Assembly: GCF_006345805.1 (NCBI RefSeq)
Contig: NC_043022.1
Location: 8,804,001-8,868,000 of the forward strand
Source: Octopus sinensis
Lineage: Eukaryota
Direction: 5' to 3'
DNA: 64,000 nt
Shown here: in pieces, positions 53,399-64,000 of the stretch
Position numbering within the stretch: position 1 is the stretch's first letter
How the letters are laid out: the number at the start of each line of letters is the position of its first letter
Program-made: the position numbers and the translations under genes
Notes under the pieces: generated by a model
The model's database searches: none
What the model was told of the DNA's origin: nothing
Seen by the model: the letters and a program-made list of their open reading frames with translations, nothing else

Positions 53399-54119
53399 AT
53401 CAGACTTAAAAAATAAATACTGGAGCCAATTTATTCTTCAAAGTAGTACCCAGATAGCTGTAAAAGTGAAAGTGAAAGAAGTAAAAGAAAAAAAAGTCAA
53501 ATATTTAAAAGTTAGTTATAGACCATAAGGACGGGTAAAATTAAATGAATTAGTGGAGCAGTGTTAGTCTTGTTCAGTTAGCTTGATATGCTCAGTACCA
53601 TTTAAACATTTTTCACTGGGGAAGTTTATGATGAGGAAACCAACATCTATTGTGTAGTATAATTAGCCTACCGAATAGCCAAATCCCAAAAGTCAAAAGT
53701 TGTTTCATGAAAAACAGGATAATGAATGTTTACATACAGAGAGTGAATGAAAGAGAAAAATTGATCCTTGTACTATCCTGGGAACATTCATTAACCCATA
53801 AAGGTTGCAAATTAGAAACTTGTTAGCATGTCAGACCAAATGTTAAGTGACATTTTTTCTGGCACTTTACATTCTGTGATCTGATCCCTCGGAAGTTTGC
53901 CTTTCTTCCTTTCAGGATCAATAAAGTACCAGTTAAGTACTAGGGTCAATGTAATTGACTTGCCCCCTTTCAGGATCAATAAAATAAAGTAGCAGATAAG
54001 TACTGGAGTTAATGTAAATGACTTGCCCACTCCTCTCAAAGCTGCTGGCCTTGAGCTAAAATTAGGGAGAATTATTGACCCACAATTGGATGAAGGACAA
54101 AATTGAATGCCGTTCCTAA

Positions 54120-54505
54120 TGCCAAATCTTTCAATTTCAAAATTGATTGAAACAAGAGCAACATATTTTACAGGGATATGGTAACAAAAGGGTTAAAGTG
54201 ATCTGAATTACAACCATTCCACAACATTTCATGTTTATCATTCAAACACCAGTTTAATAATAACTAAGTTATTTTACTAAATTCTTCCTTATTTTCAAAA
54301 TTAATTGTAAGAAAGGCAGTGTATTTCAACAGAAATATGGTAACAATAGGGCAAAAGTGATCTAAATTAAAACCTTTTCTCAAAATGTTGTGTTTATTTA
54401 TGTTATAAACACCGGCTTAATAACAAGATGTTAACTGAATTGTTCATTATTTTCAAAATTAATTTAAACAAAAGCAGCATATTTAACAGAGATATGGTAG
54501 CAAAT
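54120..54505. repeat. Three diverged tandem units of a piggyBac-like MITE terminus
   Basis: The units end atggtaacaaaagggttaa, atggtaacaatagggcaaa and atggtagcaaa; compare the ends of 20799-21018. Confidence 0.65.
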
Positions 54506-55417
54506 TTATACTCATGTAAATCATAGAGGGAAGATTCAAATCTAGTTAAAGTTAAGTATTTTGTATTGTTGTTTTTAGCGATATTTGTAGACACACACTT
54601 CAGTATCTTTATATTTCATTAGTACAGCACAGGGGATAATTATATTATTAATGAATTTAAATGTTAGTGAATGCCTACAGCTTTGTTAACAAGAGAATTA
54701 CTGTTTGCTCTTTTATTGCTTTAAATTTTTTTTTCTTTTTGCGTAGCTTTGGAAATTTTAACTTTGACTTCCTTTCACTAACAATATAAATATGAATAAC
54801 TGTGAATATAATTGTTTATGAACTGCACCGAGATATATAGTTACTGAAATGTGAGTCTACAGGTAAAGGAAAATATAAACAACAATAGTATAGTATTTTA
54901 ACTAGATTTGAACCATCACTCTTTTGTTTTCTAATAAAGATTAAAAGAAATCTTGGAAAAAATTATTTTCCCATATTCAGCTGCAGGTATGGCTGTGTGG
55001 TTAAGAACCACATGATTTTGAGTTCAGTCCCACATTGTGGTACTTTTGGCAAATGTTTTCTACTTAAGTTCTGAGCCAACAAAAATGCCTTGTGAGTGAA
55101 TTTTGGTTGACAGAAAGTATGTTGAAGCCTATCATGTATGTTTGTGTGTGTGTTCACGTGCATGTGTGTATGTGTATTTGTGTGTATATCATCATCATAT
55201 ATGTATATATATATCATCATCATCATCGTTTAGCGTCCGTTTTCCATGCTAGCATGGGTTGGACATATATATATATATATATAATATATATATTATAGAT
55301 ATAGGGTAATAAATTATTAATTTATAATTAATAAATTTCACCAAGTAGTTTCAGTATGGAAACGAACCATATTCGGTAAAAACTTATACAAGAAGTTTTA
55401 TATATAATTATAACAAT

Positions 55418-55634
55418 AATTAAGGGTTTAGCAACAAGTTGCTTAACCACATACTGAAAAATTTAGAAATAGCAGTCAAAAGACCGTTATTTCTTTTCTT
55501 TTTTGTCTGTGTGAGTTACAGAGAGGGTTGTCTGTGGAGTCATATTTTGTAGCGAAAAGAAATAACGGTCTTTTGGCTGCTATTTCAAAATTTTTCAGTA
55601 TGTGGTTAAGCAACTTGTTGTTAAACCCTTAATT
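55418..55634. repeat. Foldback with ~80-bp arms and 55-bp spacer
   Basis: aattaagggtttagcaacaagttgcttaacc...ttcttttc / gaaaagaa...ttgttaaacccttaatt. Confidence 0.9.
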
Positions 55635-55640
55635 TTTGTT

Positions 55641-55679
<39 letters not shown>

Positions 55680-55680
55680 G

Positions 55681-55735
<55 letters not shown>

Positions 55736-56768
55736 ATATTAGATAATAAATCATATGGTATACACTTGGTAGCTTACCAGTAAAGCATGTTCGCTTTCAC
55801 AGTGTTTGCTGTGTATTTGATTAATGAATGAGACAGAAGATGGAAGACACAAGAATGTTTATTAATCACTACAATTGTTTCGACCCATCTAGCATCAATC
55901 CCTCCAGGTGGGATACTAAGCAACTGGTTTAGGAGTATCTGTCTGTGTAGATGTGTCACTTCAAGTGATTACAAGATGTATCTTGTTAAAACAATGTCTC
56001 TTACGCAAGTTCTCTTTTTGGTATGTGTACACAAAAGCAGCAAATTAAGGGATCTAGCTTCATTATTATTATAGATCAATAAAAATCAAATGCAAAAAGA
56101 AACAAATACACAATACCGCAAAAGAAGTATTAAATATAACCATTAGCAGATATGGATGTATAAATACCCTTGCTTAGGTTGTATCGTACAAACTTACATG
56201 AAGATATAAGTATATGCACACATGTGGTTTGGTGCACATATGCTCACACAGCAAATTAAACAGACACTTTGTGTTTATAAGAATGGGGAGGTTACAGTTA
56301 ATTCATCCATACCATAAGGTAAATTACGGTTATTAATTTGGTTAACGATAACCCAAATTCATTCTCACTGCATTGTGCAAAAGTGCATTTATAAGCATGT
56401 AAATATATGGACAGGCTTTCAGAAATCCTTTTAAGGATCTTCTCATTGGTCCACTGAAACAAAAAAAAAAAGACAAAAAATAACTAGAATGTATTTTATT
56501 AATCTGGCTCCCAAACTTTGATCCTATATTTTACATTGTTGAATAATTACCATATTTGATGATACTTAAGATATACATTTTTCCTAAAAGCGATGACTCA
56601 AAAAATATTGCCTAAGTTCTGTATGTAATGTTAGGCCTTCCATAAGCTTTAATACATCAAAACCAGTTTTCTCCTGGATACCTAATGCTGTAACTGGAAT
56701 GCATCTAATGTGCCATCAAGTAAAAAAATATTTTTAACCCTCCAAACCAAGAAAGAAATTAATATGCT

Positions 56769-57001
56769 AGTGATTCTCAACTGGGGCCCATATGGTCCTT
56801 GAGGGTCCATATAAGATTTTGTTGTTAAAATTTATCTGCAATAAATTGATTGTACTTCTACAATACACAAGATATTTTAACACTTTTTTTATACAGTTCC
56901 AAATAATATTTAATTATAAAAATATAATAGGATTTTTTAAACATCTGAGTAAAATAGGAATCAAAGGGGTCCATAGTTTAAAAAATGATTGAGAAACACC
57001 A
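56769..57001. mobile_element. hAT-like MITE
   Basis: Imperfect TIRs tagtgattctcaac / gattgagaaacacc resemble CAGTG.TTCTCAAC-type hAT ends. Confidence 0.6.
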
Positions 57002-57011
57002 AATTGTACTA

Positions 57012-57218
57012 ATTTAATTTTATTTAATTTTTTAAAATTTAATTTTTATTGGCTCAAAAAGCAAAAGCAAGGCCATATAGGGGACAGGGAGTTATGTACA
57101 GGGAGGATGGTCATAAAAAGAGTTCAGGCCATTTCTGGTCAATAGAGACTTTGAACCGAGCATTCGTCGGCATCTTCACTATCTCGTCCGGCAAATTATT
57201 CCACGGATCCACAACCTA
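57012..57218 (-). mobile_element. CR1-clade LINE 3' end
   Basis: VVDPWNNLPDEIVKMPTNARFKVSIDQKWPELFL* (WN.LP...V..F K..LD motif), followed by aataaa and an AT-rich tail. Confidence 0.85.
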
Positions 57219-58764
57219 GAAAGGAGCTGGAAGAGAAATAGACATGTAAATGATAGCAAAATACCACACTAATGGTCTCTGATGAAGGCACAAGACTAGA
57301 AATTTTGAGTGTGGGTGGAGTTGATACCATTGACCTTTGTATTTGATTGGTACTTTATCAACACTGGATGTATGAAAAGCAAAGTTGCCCTCAGTAAGAT
57401 TTGAACTTAGATTAAGAGCCAGAATGACAGCCACAAAGCATTTTCCTCTAATGCTCTAATGATTCTATCAGCTCTACAGCTTAAAAATACTGAAACATAC
57501 TACATCAATGATGGGAAATTAAAAGTAAGAGAACATATATTATCATTTCTAAGTAGCCTTCAGCTATTTGGTCAGAGACGGGCTTTTGTTATGTCGCAGA
57601 CTACTTTTACTACACAGTAGATGTTAGTCTCAGCCTTACCAAGCAAAACCTCATTCATCAGTTTGAATGAAGTTTATTAGTGAGAAACATTTAAATGTTA
57701 TTTAAGAATAATAAATTGGCAACAAATTTGATTTCTATTTCCTTCAATATAATTACATACTGAATGTTTTCTGTATGTCAGTTGGATTATATTGTAAAAT
57801 GATGATGCTTAGTTCTTCATTTGGGGTTACTGTGTGTGTTGATATATTGGGTTTTGTATGTATATGTGTGGAAACAGAGATGGTAGGAGCTCTAGAAAAT
57901 ACATAGGTGCATAAGAAGTTTGCTTCCCAACCACACAAATTCAAGTTCAGTCCCACTGTATGGCAACTTGCTCAGGTGTCTTCTACAATTGCTTTGAGTT
58001 GACCAAAGGCTTGTGAGTAAATTTGGCAGGTAGAAATTGAAAGAAGTCCATCATATGCATGTGTGAATCTGTGTATGCATATGTGTGTGTATGTATGTGT
58101 GTGTGTGTAAATATATATATATATATCATCATCATCATCATCATCATCATCATTTAGCGTCCGTTCTCCATGCTAGCATGGGTTGGACGGTTCAACTGGG
58201 GTCTGTGAAGCTGGAAGGCTTCATCAGGCCCAGTCAGATCTGGCAGTGTTTCTACGGCTGGATGCCCTTCCTAACGCCAATATATATATATATATTTACA
58301 CAGCTGGATACCCTTCCAAATGTTAACCATTTTTCAGTGTGAACTGGATGCTTTTTATGTGGCACCAACACTGGCAGGGTCACCAAGTAAATTACAAGAC
58401 AGGGAATTATGAGAGGGACAGGGGCATTTGAGGAGGGGAACTTGTGTCAGAGGATGAAAGGTTAGAGGGTGACAAAGAGACAGAGAGGTGTCTTGCTATA
58501 ATGTAGGAATGTAAGTGCATGTCTGTATGTTACAGTGACTTTGCTTTGACTTCATATGATAATTGTAACAAGTATCACCATCATCCAAGCAATGTCATTT
58601 GTTTACAACCTTCTATAAAAACATGTCTGGTCATGGCGAAATATCAACTTACTTTGAAATAGGTGAGGATTTTTAACAGGAACAACATCCAGTCATAGGA
58701 AATCTGCCTCAACAAATTCTGTCTGACCCATGCAAGCATGGAAAAGTGGACATTAAATCATGAT

Positions 58765-58795
<31 letters not shown>

Positions 58796-59269
58796 TTGTT
58801 GTTGTTGTAAGGCCATATAACAGTAAATCACTTCAGTAAGCCATCTAATATTTAAATTTGCATAAATATTTAACCCACATTAGCAACGAAACATCATGGA
58901 AACCCATTAAACAAAAATAAGCCCCCAAAAGATATTGTTTACAGAAATAATATATAGCAGTTAGTTCTGCTTCACTTAATAATTATTATGTTATTGAAAA
59001 ATAAATTGTGTAGAGAGAGGTTTATAGTTTTCTAAATAAAATCTGGAAATCATATGGTAATTGTAAAAATATTCAATGAGAAATTCTCAATTACATTTTT
59101 TAGAGATAGATTTTTTTTCAGTGTTTTATAATTGTTTGGCTTTCATCATAAGATTTTTGAATATGATTGAAACAGTAAAAATGTTTCCCACCTGTAATAG
59201 CCCAGAATACAATTAATTGTATAGAATTGAAGTATGCACTGTTGCCATTCTGTGTGTTTGTGTATACAT

Positions 59270-59810
<541 letters not shown>

Positions 59811-60235
59811 GAAAGAAAGAGTTTACGCAATTGCCATGAAACAAAAGAAGGAATAGTAGTACAGGCTTGTTCAAAACACGTTATGTGAACTTCTGTAAAA
59901 ATTCCTATACAATTAAGTTGAATATATACTGCCACTGTGCTTTAAATCATTCAACATTTCTGCCCTTCCTCTCAGCAGTATGTACATGAAGGAAGTAAAC
60001 CTAAACAAACTATGGATAACCAATTTGATCTGTAAATTTTACTGTAAAACTGAAAATGCAATCTTCAAGACACTGTATTTTGCAGTATGCAAGTTGATGT
60101 GTATCAGTTAAGTTTTAAACATAATCACTATTTTTCAAAATTCTGCTGCATTTCACATGGAAATTTTATCTTCTTTGTGAATTGGTCATGCTATATCTAT
60201 ACAAATATGTATATATGTATTTATATATATGCTAA

Positions 60236-60271
<36 letters not shown>

Positions 60272-60272
60272 T

Positions 60273-60315
<43 letters not shown>

Positions 60316-60499
60316 AGGGTATGAGAGGTATTGGTGTCAAGAAAACCCAAAGGTATCAGGTAATGCTGAGTGCTATGGTCAGACTATAGTTTCGATAATG
60401 ATGTAAAAGAGGAGTCCAACATAGGTCGTGTAATAGCAAGCATATATATAAAAATTAACAGAATGAGATAAAAAATCCAAGGCTGTCAATAGTTTTCAG

Positions 60500-60581
60500 A
60501 ACATTTATAAAGAGAAGGTCTTACAGCTGTTTCTGGGATATTTTATATATCCCATCATCGGAGACGGTGCGAGAAAATGTT
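60500..60581 (-). ncRNA. Minimal type I hammerhead motif with U4C core variant
   Basis: Minus strand: gtct-CCGATGA-tgggatat/ataaa/atatccca-GAA-ACAGCTGT-A-agac, with a distal stem I aacattt/aaatgtt. The cleavage triplet is GUA. Confidence 0.75.
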
Positions 60582-60699
60582 TAAGTAATAATTATTACAG
60601 AGAAGATATGAAAAAGTGGAGGAATGAAAACAGACATGAGATACGTAAGGATATTGTATTTGCAGTTCCAGTATTTAATCCATGGCCTATGCCAGTGGT

Positions 60700-61235
60700 G
60701 TAACCAGCCTACTTATGTATTGCTAGCGAAGACCTGTTGAGGCAAGTGAAATCACAATCAAAATCAAATTTGCTGATGTGGTCAATGACAGCACTGCCTG
60801 ACTGCCACCCATACCAGTGGAACATTAAAAGCACCATCCGAGCGTGATCATTGCCAGGGCTGCTGACTGGCTCCCATGCTGGTGACACATAAAAAGCACC
60901 ACGAGTGTGATTGTTACCAGCATCGCCTTACTGGCACTTGTGCCAGTGGCATGATTTGAAAAACAACATTCGAGTGAGGTCATTGTGCAGGTGGCACATA
61001 AAAAACATCATTTGAGCGTGGCCGTTGCCAGTACCACCTAACTGGCCTTCGTGTTGGTGGTACATAAAAGCACCCACTACACTCTCGGAGTGGTTGGTGT
61101 TAGGAAGGGCATCCAGCTGTAGAAACTCTGTCAGATCAGATTGGAGCCTGGTGCAGCCATCTTGCTCGTCAGTCCTCAGTCAAACTGACCAACCCATGCC
61201 AGCATGGAAAGTGGACATTAAACAATGATGACGAG
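60700..61235 (+). mobile_element. RTE 3'UTR-derived retroposon with about four hairpin repeat units
   Basis: Repeated ..gccag..ctggc..gtggcacataaaaagcacc units followed by the gggcatccagctgtagaaac...ggacattaaacaatgatg tail. Confidence 0.85.
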
Positions 61236-61617
61236 GATGATGATATACACGTATATATATATATATATATATGCAAAATGTAAGTATGTCTGCAAATGTA
61301 TGTATGTGCAAGTTGTGAAGTATGTCTATGTGTTTGTTTATATCTCATTTCTCCAAAATTATTACATACAAGTAGTGTTGTTTTCAAATCATCCAGTCAT
61401 TTCATGCCTTTGAAGTCAAGGGGAACAAGAAATCTTTTACTTGGAAAAGAGGTGAAAAAAAGTGGAGTATCCAGTTCTAAAACAATGGTTCAGGAATGTA
61501 TTTGTCTAACTCATGCAGGCATGGAAATATAGACGTAAAACAAATGAAATTGAATGGTTGTCTGCAGATATATCTGCGCGTGTGTGTGTGTTTACATGCG
61601 TGCATGTGTGTGTGTGT

Positions 61618-61652
<35 letters not shown>

Positions 61653-62296
61653 CTTATGTGTCTGTCAGTGTATAGGTGTGTCCTACAGTACTCTTGAATA
61701 TATGAAATTACTGAGTTTATGAAAATATGTGATGTTTTAATCACATTTATATATTTTTATTATAATCTGTTGGTTGCAAACTAAAATTATTTAATAAATA
61801 TTTTATTATTTATTATTTTGTTAACATATATCTTTTATTTTTATCAATTCATTGTAACTTTTTATTCTACATACATGTACATAAATATATGCTTGCTTAC
61901 AGTCACTCGTATATGTATGCATTCATACTGCATATGTACCTCTGTATGTGTACATATATGTATATGAATGCACACACACACACCCACACACACACCCACA
62001 CACACACATATCTTAATTTATATTCATTTTAATACACCAGACCTTTTATGTTGTTTCCCTTGGTAAATATTTACTGTCTCAACTCTTTATATATATGAAT
62101 ATAAATATTTATATGTATATAGATATATATATACATATATGTGTGTATGTGTTTGCTTATATATATTTATATATATATATATACATATAGTCATGAATTT
62201 CCTGTTTGTTGTGTTGTTGGCTGTTTTTCATTTATTAATTTTTTACTTTCTGATTTATTTAACTTTATTTAATTTTTTAAAATCATATATATCACC

Positions 62297-62391
<95 letters not shown>

Positions 62392-62479
62392 GTGTATATA
62401 CATACACACACTCGTGCACACACACGTATGTATGTATATCTATATATGTATTAACTTTGTTGTTTTTCTTCTTTTGTAG

Positions 62480-62573
62480 TCATTACCATTCATGGAAGAA
62501 AACTCACCGCCAGAGAATTTGAGTGCATCATTCCGCAGCTTATATAAATCTGTTTTTGAACAACATAATAATG
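62480..62573 (+). CDS. Internal coding exon (phase 0-1) of unidentified host gene, SLPFMEENSPPENLSASFRSLYKSVFEQHNN(G)
   Basis: Strong acceptor tgtttttcttcttttgtag| and donor |gtaagt; only the phase-0 frame is open across 94 nt. Confidence 0.7.
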
Positions 62574-62922
62574 GTAAGTACTTTTAATGTTGCCGTTTCT
62601 GGCACCAGTGGAACTGACTGCTGGCACTGCTGGTAGTGTCAGCATGCCTACTGTTCCTGCTACTTCATCATCATCTTCCTCTCCTATCTATTACTAAAAT
62701 GCTTCAGTTGAATTTTTTTTATATTTCAGTAAAAAAAAAAAAGAGAAAAAATTTAATAAAATAAAATTGAAAAAAAATCACTTTTCCTTTCTTTTTACAT
62801 TGAAATGATAAAATAATATTTCCACATTATTGTTCCAGCTATTGAAAAGTGGATAAATAAATAAATAATAATTATAATAATAATATTAATAATAATAGTA
62901 ATAGCATATAATAATAATAATA

Positions 62923-62964
<42 letters not shown>

Positions 62965-64000
62965 TAGTAATAATAACAATAATAATAATAATGATAATAA
63001 AAGCTGCTGGCATAATGCATTATTTCTTAATACTACAATGACTTAGTTGAAAGTTATATTGCAATAAATATTGTCACACATGATCACCCTTTTTTTACCA
63101 TATATACATAGATGTATATATGTATGTATGTAAATAATATGTATGTGAGTGTGTGCATGTATATATATACACACACAAGTATGTATATTGTAATCTATAT
63201 TCTTTACTTTTGTCAAGCTTAATATAATCTTAGTTTGGCATTAACGACTTAAATAGCGGCACTATTTATTTTCTTTTTTTTTTTGTTGAGGTGGGGTGTA
63301 TTTTTTAAAAAAATTTTTTGTGCCGGAAATTTTTTATTTTTATTTCCTTTGTATTTTTGTGTTGGTTTCATTTGTTTTTGTTTTTGTTTTCCTTCTCTTT
63401 CTCATTGTCTGTCTGACTTATTGAAATATATATATATTTTTTTTTTTTTTTTCAAATTTCCATTGTAAAATTATGATTATATGATGGACAATAAGCAGAG
63501 GAGAAAGTTTTTATGTTCAATTTGGGGGAAGTAATTAAAATGTCGTGTGGACAGCGTAGACAATTGTCATCTAAGTGTAATGGATCAAGCATATGGTCCA
63601 CTTCACTACTACTATCACTACTACTACTACTGTTGAAATAACTTCCCAGACTACAAATACTGTGATCGATATAATTGATTATATAGCATTGAAGGTGAAG
63701 CCTCAGCATGGCTGTTGTCAAATGACTGAAATTACTCTTTACAACCCTGTCGTTGCAGGTTCAATCTTTGGTTTATTGATCCCTTCCAACCATCACATTT
63801 AATCATTATATGATCTTTTTATAGCATTTATTGCTTTTACAAGGCTTTCTATTATCTATATTATAGGTTATATATGGTTCTTGCTAAAAGCATTTTAAGG
63901 TCTTAAGCAAAACCTTTGTTAAATTATAACTCCTCCCCTTGGAACTGAATTTTCCTAAGGGTTTCTTCATGTCCTCTCATACTTATGAAATCATATTCTG

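Noticed and set aside
55335-55385. Minus-strand CCGAATA..GAAA motif
   Set aside because: G8 is missing, the stem II register is broken and position 17 would be G.
63739-63782. Possible terminal exon GSIFGLLIPSNHHI* in phase with 62573
   Set aside because: The acceptor is weak and follows a SINE tail remnant.

Overview
This is AT-rich, microsatellite-laden eukaryotic DNA. The SINE/LINE repertoire looks like a cephalopod (octopus-type) genome; that is an inference from repeat motifs, with no database search. Most of the window appears to be intronic. Two convincing + strand coding exons (21871-21978, 62480-62573) and a possible 6-nt microexon (49809-49814) suggest a large-intron host gene that I cannot name. 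The rest is several SINE families plus fragments of RTE, CR1, Tx1/L1-like, Dong/R4-like (RLE), Helitron, piggyBac-, hAT- and mariner-like elements, foldback palindromes and local duplications. Nearly all ORFs in the supplied track are microsatellite translations. The most striking unexplained signal is a set of minimal type I hammerhead ribozyme (HHR) motifs with palindromic stem III, typical of Penelope-like element (PLE) termini. Five have intact or near-intact cores (184-254 +, 27318-27359 -, 28925-29023 -, 30232-30348 -, 60500-60581 -) and several more are decayed. They include a recurrent non-canonical CCGAUGA core (U4C) and a candidate G3:C8 core, and some sit in foldbacks that place an HHR on both strands. 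All folds were done by eye and need computational and biochemical confirmation.
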